Source of the DNA: Nitrosopumilaceae archaeon
GTDB taxonomy: Archaea > Thermoproteota > Nitrososphaeria > Nitrososphaerales > Nitrosopumilaceae
Assembly (NCBI GenBank): GCA_965207375.1
Contig: OZ242274.1
Location: forward strand, 1,056,001-1,120,000
Length of the DNA: 64,000 nucleotides
Direction: 5' to 3'
In this document: piece by piece, positions 60,001-64,000 of the stretch
Position numbering within the stretch: the first letter of the stretch is position 1
How the letters are laid out: every line of letters starts with the position of its first letter
Made by a program: the position numbers and the translations under genes
The notes under the pieces: generated by a model
Database searches by the model: none
What the model was told of the DNA's origin: nothing
The model's input: only the letters and a program-made list of their open reading frames with translations

Positions 60001-60639
60001 CTAACTTGCCGCTATGGTACACAGCGCCGAATTTTTTGCAGATACTTCTGCAACAAAGGGATCATCTGCAGATGTAATTATGACCACGTCATTTTCCTCA
60101 GGATTCATTGACATTAGACTGTCTAGTGTTTTTTTGTCTACTAGTACCTCTTCCTCACCCGGAAAAGAAAACCGGCCACTCTTATAGACTAGTGTTAGTG
60201 CAATTGTCGCACCGTACAATATTGCAAAATCCCTTTGCTCTAGTCCTGCCCTGATTGCCTTGGCTTGGTTTTTTATCAGTATTGCATGATTATACCTGCC
60301 GCTAAAAATGGTGGATTTTTTGATAGTACATTCATCTGGTATAGCATCAATTATCTCCTTTGCAAATTTTTTACCCTTTTCAGTAAGGTAGGTGCCTGCT
60401 CTTGCCGAATCTATTATCTTTTGTTCCTTCATGTGTAAAATCAGAGTTTTTACTGCACCTTCCCCGATATGTAACTGTCTACATAGAGTATTGCGACTTG
60501 TAAATCTGTCTTTGTACAACAATTGCAATGCCTTGAAAACATGCGGCATGCTAAATGTCAAAATTTTACTAGAGCCCTTTCATGATACGATATTTTGTAA
60601 GATCTGAATTTCCTTTTTCAGATCCCATTTTAGCCTCAT
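60001..60639 (-). pseudogene. winged-HTH protein (DUF4443-like) with in-frame TGA at 60580-60582, or a shorter gene from TTG 60561
   Basis: SRNTLCRQLHIGEGAVKTL...GTYLTEKG; frame continues upstream as MRLKWDLKKEIQILQNIVS*KGSSKILTF. Confidence 0.55.
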
Positions 60640-60702
60640 CTAATATTTAAATTGGACAAATCATCCTAGTGTTTAAATATATTCGATATGGTCTAGCACT
60701 AT

Positions 60703-60918
60703 ATGTCCCAATCTCGACTCTTACACCTATCACAAAACAAGATCTCTGTACTGTCAATTGTTGCACTAGCCGTAATATTTGGCATGGGCCTTTTTGTAGT
60801 AGGATTTGACAATGGACAAATCATCCAAGCAGCATTTGCTGAATCTGGAATTGATCCGCTAATAATCCATGAACTAACTCATGACATGAGACATGCAGCA
60901 GGCTTTCCCTGTCACTAG
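60703..60918 (+). CDS. cbtB: cobalt transporter subunit CbtB-like
   Basis: One TM; C-terminal HELTHDMRHAAGFPCH. Confidence 0.9.
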   Translation: MSQSRLLHLSQNKISVLSIVALAVIFGMGLFVVGFDNGQIIQAAFAESGIDPLIIHELTHDMRHAAGFPCH

Positions 60919-60924
60919 TCTCTC

Positions 60925-61653
60925 ATGAAAACACTACTTTTTATCTTAATTGTCCTAGTTTCTGGTGCGCTTGCAGGCCTGCTTCATGGAGGCGTTAATC
61001 TTGGTTTAGTTGAACCATATCTAGATACTGCAATTGGGATTGAAAATCAAATGTTGTTTGCATCAGGTGAGCAAGAAGACAATGAAGAGTTTTGGAATTC
61101 TTACTATTCGTATAGATTGTGGCAAAAGGGTGGTCAAATACTAGCAGGTGTAATTTTAGGCGTTGCAATGGGATCGTTATTTGGCATTGTTTTTGCACTG
61201 TCTAGAAATGTATTGCCCGGAGAACATAATATCAAAAAGGCAGTTATTTTGGCAGCAATCATGTGGCTGGTGATCTTTTTTATTCCATTTTTAAAATATC
61301 CTGCTAATCCTCCTACAATAGGTGAAGCTCAAACACTTGAACTGAGAACGACACTGTATGTTTCATTTGTAGCAATTTCTGGAGCAGGTGCTGTGGGATT
61401 TTACCAAATAGCAAAACTTGTACACAAACATCAAAAATATGTGGCAATTGGAGGCTATGCTGGATTGATGATTGTAGCATTTGTGTTACTGCCTAGCAAT
61501 CCTGATGATGTGACTGTCTCAGCAGATTTAGTTGACGGTTTCCGGCTAGTATCAGTATTGGGTGTTTCAACGTTTTGGCTTTCTGTATCATTGCTTCTTG
61601 GTGCGTTTTGGCAAAAATTCAAGCCTGATGAATCTGTTTCCACCCAACTTTAG
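60925..61653 (+). CDS. cbtA: cobalt transporter subunit CbtA-like
   Basis: EPYLDTAIGIE, PFLKYPANPPTIG, multiple TMs; follows cbtB. Confidence 0.88.
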   Translation: MKTLLFILIVLVSGALAGLLHGGVNLGLVEPYLDTAIGIENQMLFASGEQEDNEEFWNSYYSYRLWQKGGQILAGVILGVAMGSLFGIVFALSRNVLPGEHNIKKAVILAAIMWLVIFFIPFLKYPANPPTIGEAQTLELRTTLYVSFVAISGAGAVGFYQIAKLVHKHQKYVAIGGYAGLMIVAFVLLPSNPDDVTVSADLVDGFRLVSVLGVSTFWLSVSLLLGAFWQKFKPDESVSTQL

Positions 61654-61720
61654 TGATATTCTCATACTCTAGAATGAGAATAATACCCACGCGTTTAAAT
61701 AACTCTTCATACTATGTGCT

Positions 61721-62053
61721 TTGAAAATGACAAAAAGGCACACATTACCTCAGTTAAAAAAATATGATGTCAATCAAAAGGTAATCGAAGCACTTGCTGA
61801 TGCCGAATCTAGGGCAATACTGTTTTCAGTCATTAAAAAAGGAAAAACTGCTGCTGAATTATCTGAAAAACTAAGAATTCCCCTAAGTTCTGTATACAAA
61901 AAACTATCTGAATTAGAAGAGCTGACCTTGATTCAGATTGAAAAATTGTTATCTGATAAGGGACGCAAATTCAAGGTGTACCGCAGCCGAATCCGCAAGG
62001 CAGAAATATCCATAAAAAAGCCAGAACCCGTATTGAGCCTAATTCCGAACTGA
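61721..62053 (+). CDS. ArsR-like winged-HTH regulator
   Basis: ALADAESRAIL...TAAELS..L.IPLSSVYKKL..L. Confidence 0.85.
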   Translation: MKMTKRHTLPQLKKYDVNQKVIEALADAESRAILFSVIKKGKTAAELSEKLRIPLSSVYKKLSELEELTLIQIEKLLSDKGRKFKVYRSRIRKAEISIKKPEPVLSLIPN

Positions 62054-62055
62054 TC

Positions 62056-62388
62056 ATGTCCAAAGCAAATATAATTCAGCTAAGTGAATTTGACATTACT
62101 CAAAAAATTATAGAGTCCTTGACTAATGTATGCACACGAGCCGTTTTGTTCTCTGTCAAAGAACAGTCAAAGGATGCGACACAAATTGCAAGCGAATTGA
62201 AAATTTCAATTTCAACTGTATACAAAACCCTTTCACATTTAGAGGATCTAGCACTAGTTGAAATTGAAAAATTTACAATAACTGATGAGGGCAAAAAAAT
62301 CAAACAGTACCGCAGCCGAATAGGCAAGGTGGAGATTACCCTAAAGGACATGGATCCCATCCTCAATCTTTATCCAAACAAAGAATAG
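62056..62388 (+). CDS. ArsR-like winged-HTH regulator (tandem paralog)
   Basis: Same layout as the upstream gene; shares gtaccgcagccgaat (YRSRI). Confidence 0.85.
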   Translation: MSKANIIQLSEFDITQKIIESLTNVCTRAVLFSVKEQSKDATQIASELKISISTVYKTLSHLEDLALVEIEKFTITDEGKKIKQYRSRIGKVEITLKDMDPILNLYPNKE

Positions 62389-62459
62389 CCATTCTGAATC
62401 TTTAGAACGAGAATATAGAATTATACTACCGTTTAAATAATTAGCTTAAACTAATCCCA

Positions 62460-63566
62460 ATGTTTGGCATGAAACAAAATATGCAAATTACAATATTGGT
62501 TCTAGTTACTGCAACTACATTTACAGGTGTTGCAATATTGCCAGGTGTTGCAGCACAGGATGCATCTGTTCCTAGTTGGATTAAAAACACTGCAAAATTC
62601 TGGTCTACAGGAGACATATCTGATACTGAATTTCTCAACGCCATAAAATATCTTGTTGAAAACCAGATAATTCAGATAGATGAGGGCAGCTCAGATGCGC
62701 AATTAGACGTTGACGAATTGACAATTGGATTCATTCCTGTTGAAAAAGCAGACGAGCTAACTCCAAAAGCCAAAGCATTAGAGCTATTTCTTGAAGAAAG
62801 ACTTGGCATAGATGTAAAAATTGTCATTCCAACAAACTATGAGACAATAATTGAGGGAATGAGATTTGGACACATTGATGCTGCATTTATGGATACAGGT
62901 CCTGCATGGATAACGCACCAAAGAACCGGTGCACAGGCAGTTTTGGCAGAGGTAGTTGCAGGCAAAATCAATTATCAGGCAACTGTTTGGACTAGCGCAG
63001 ACAATGACTCGATTCATACTATTGAGGACACCCTAGGAAAGCGCGTTGCTTTTACTAGTATTACCGGTTCTTCTGGATTTGTACGACCCATGGGGACCTT
63101 GGTTACAAGTGGCGCAATAGATATTTCAGGTAGCGACATTGTTGCCTTGGAGGCAGCACTTGCTGATTCCTTTGATGAATATACCTTTGCTGGCGGCTAC
63201 AAGGCTGCCTTGCAATTGTTACTAAATGACAACGTAGATGTTGCATTTGGCTCTGATATCGCACCGCAAAAATACCTGCAATTATCTGATCAGCAAAAAC
63301 TTAGACCGGTAACGACTATAGGCCCTGTTCCGTCCCATGTGTTCATGGTTGCTCCAGAGGTATCTGATGGTACAAAGCAGGCACTAGTTGATGCACTAGT
63401 CCAACTCAATTATGATAAACACAACGAAATTCTTCAAAATCTGTATGGTGCAGAGGCATTACTTCCAACTACTACTGCACTGCACATTGGTGAATTTGGT
63501 ACCTTCATTGACGCACTGACTGGCCTTGATCAAAAAATACTTGATAAATACAACAAAAGCAAATAA
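62460..63566 (+). CDS. phnD: phosphonate/phosphite/phosphate ABC substrate-binding protein with an N-terminal VPSWIK domain
   Basis: IGFIP.E, NYETIIEGMRFG, VAFTSITGSSGFVRP. Confidence 0.85.
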   Translation: MFGMKQNMQITILVLVTATTFTGVAILPGVAAQDASVPSWIKNTAKFWSTGDISDTEFLNAIKYLVENQIIQIDEGSSDAQLDVDELTIGFIPVEKADELTPKAKALELFLEERLGIDVKIVIPTNYETIIEGMRFGHIDAAFMDTGPAWITHQRTGAQAVLAEVVAGKINYQATVWTSADNDSIHTIEDTLGKRVAFTSITGSSGFVRPMGTLVTSGAIDISGSDIVALEAALADSFDEYTFAGGYKAALQLLLNDNVDVAFGSDIAPQKYLQLSDQQKLRPVTTIGPVPSHVFMVAPEVSDGTKQALVDALVQLNYDKHNEILQNLYGAEALLPTTTALHIGEFGTFIDALTGLDQKILDKYNKSK

Positions 63567-63597
63567 AAAGCAAGAGTCAATATTGACAATACAACAA

Positions 63598-64000
63598 ATG
63601 TCCTCTGATTCTTTTTCTCTAATAAACACCACAACTATAATTCAAATGAATGATGTCTGGACATCTTATGACTCTAAAAATTATGCATTAAAAAGTATCA
63701 AAATGTCAATAGATAGGGGCACCAATTATGCAATTGTTGGTGTCTCAGGCTCTGGAAAATCTACACTTGTAAAATTACTCAACGGTATGATGAAACCAAG
63801 CAAGGGAATAATCAAGGTAGACTATCAGACCCCTGACATTGCTAGTCCACAATTTCGTAAATTAATGCACAAAATAGGTTATATTCCTCAAAATCTGGGT
63901 CTTGTAAAAAATTTAACGGTCAAAGAAAATATTTTGATTGGTTCCCTTCCGAGACTGGGAAAGGTCCAATCATTTTTCAAATCATTTCCCAAAGATGAAC
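63598..64000 (+). CDS. phnC: phosphonate ABC ATPase, runs off the right edge
   Basis: Manual translation: GVSGSGKSTL Walker A, IGYIPQNLGLVKNLTVKENILIG. Confidence 0.85.
   Translation, partial: MSSDSFSLINTTTIIQMNDVWTSYDSKNYALKSIKMSIDRGTNYAIVGVSGSGKSTLVKLLNGMMKPSKGIIKVDYQTPDIASPQFRKLMHKIGYIPQNLGLVKNLTVKENILIGSLPRLGKVQSFFKSFPKDE

Noticed and set aside
60580-60582. TGA as selenocysteine or an alternative genetic code
   Set aside because: Not a Cys-like catalytic position, and TGA is used as a normal stop in many genes here (fen, thrS, trpE)

Overview
AT-rich archaeal DNA whose gene content points to Nitrososphaerota/Thaumarchaeota, most likely Nitrosopumilaceae (rps25e, rps26e, aRF1, Fen1, archaeal ThrS, trpEGDCBA, many TTG/GTG starts). 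The IS load and large repeat-rich surface proteins suggest a host-associated lineage such as a sponge symbiont, which is inference only. Bases 1-6.8 kb are a stack of nested and decayed IS630, IS3, IS5, IS66 and ISH3 elements, followed by a 1887-aa NHL/Ig/FN3 surface protein. The rest is mostly housekeeping genes, interrupted by ISH3-derived MITEs, IS66 end remnants, a hicBA pair and an intact IS630 beside trpA. The most striking element is a dispersed secreted-protein family: two full copies (35913-37922, 52643-54778) and a 3' remnant (about 34459-34596). The copies share codon-identical framework segments separated by hypervariable loops, a diverged Calx-beta-like module, length-variable stalk repeats, a poly-G tract (10 vs 9) between the TATA-like box and the start codon, and a conserved 3' hairpin. 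Together these look like an archaeal antigenic/phase-variation system. A 37-34-37 bp CRISPR-like mini-repeat lies just upstream of one copy. All calls come from reading the sequence by eye; no database searches were run.
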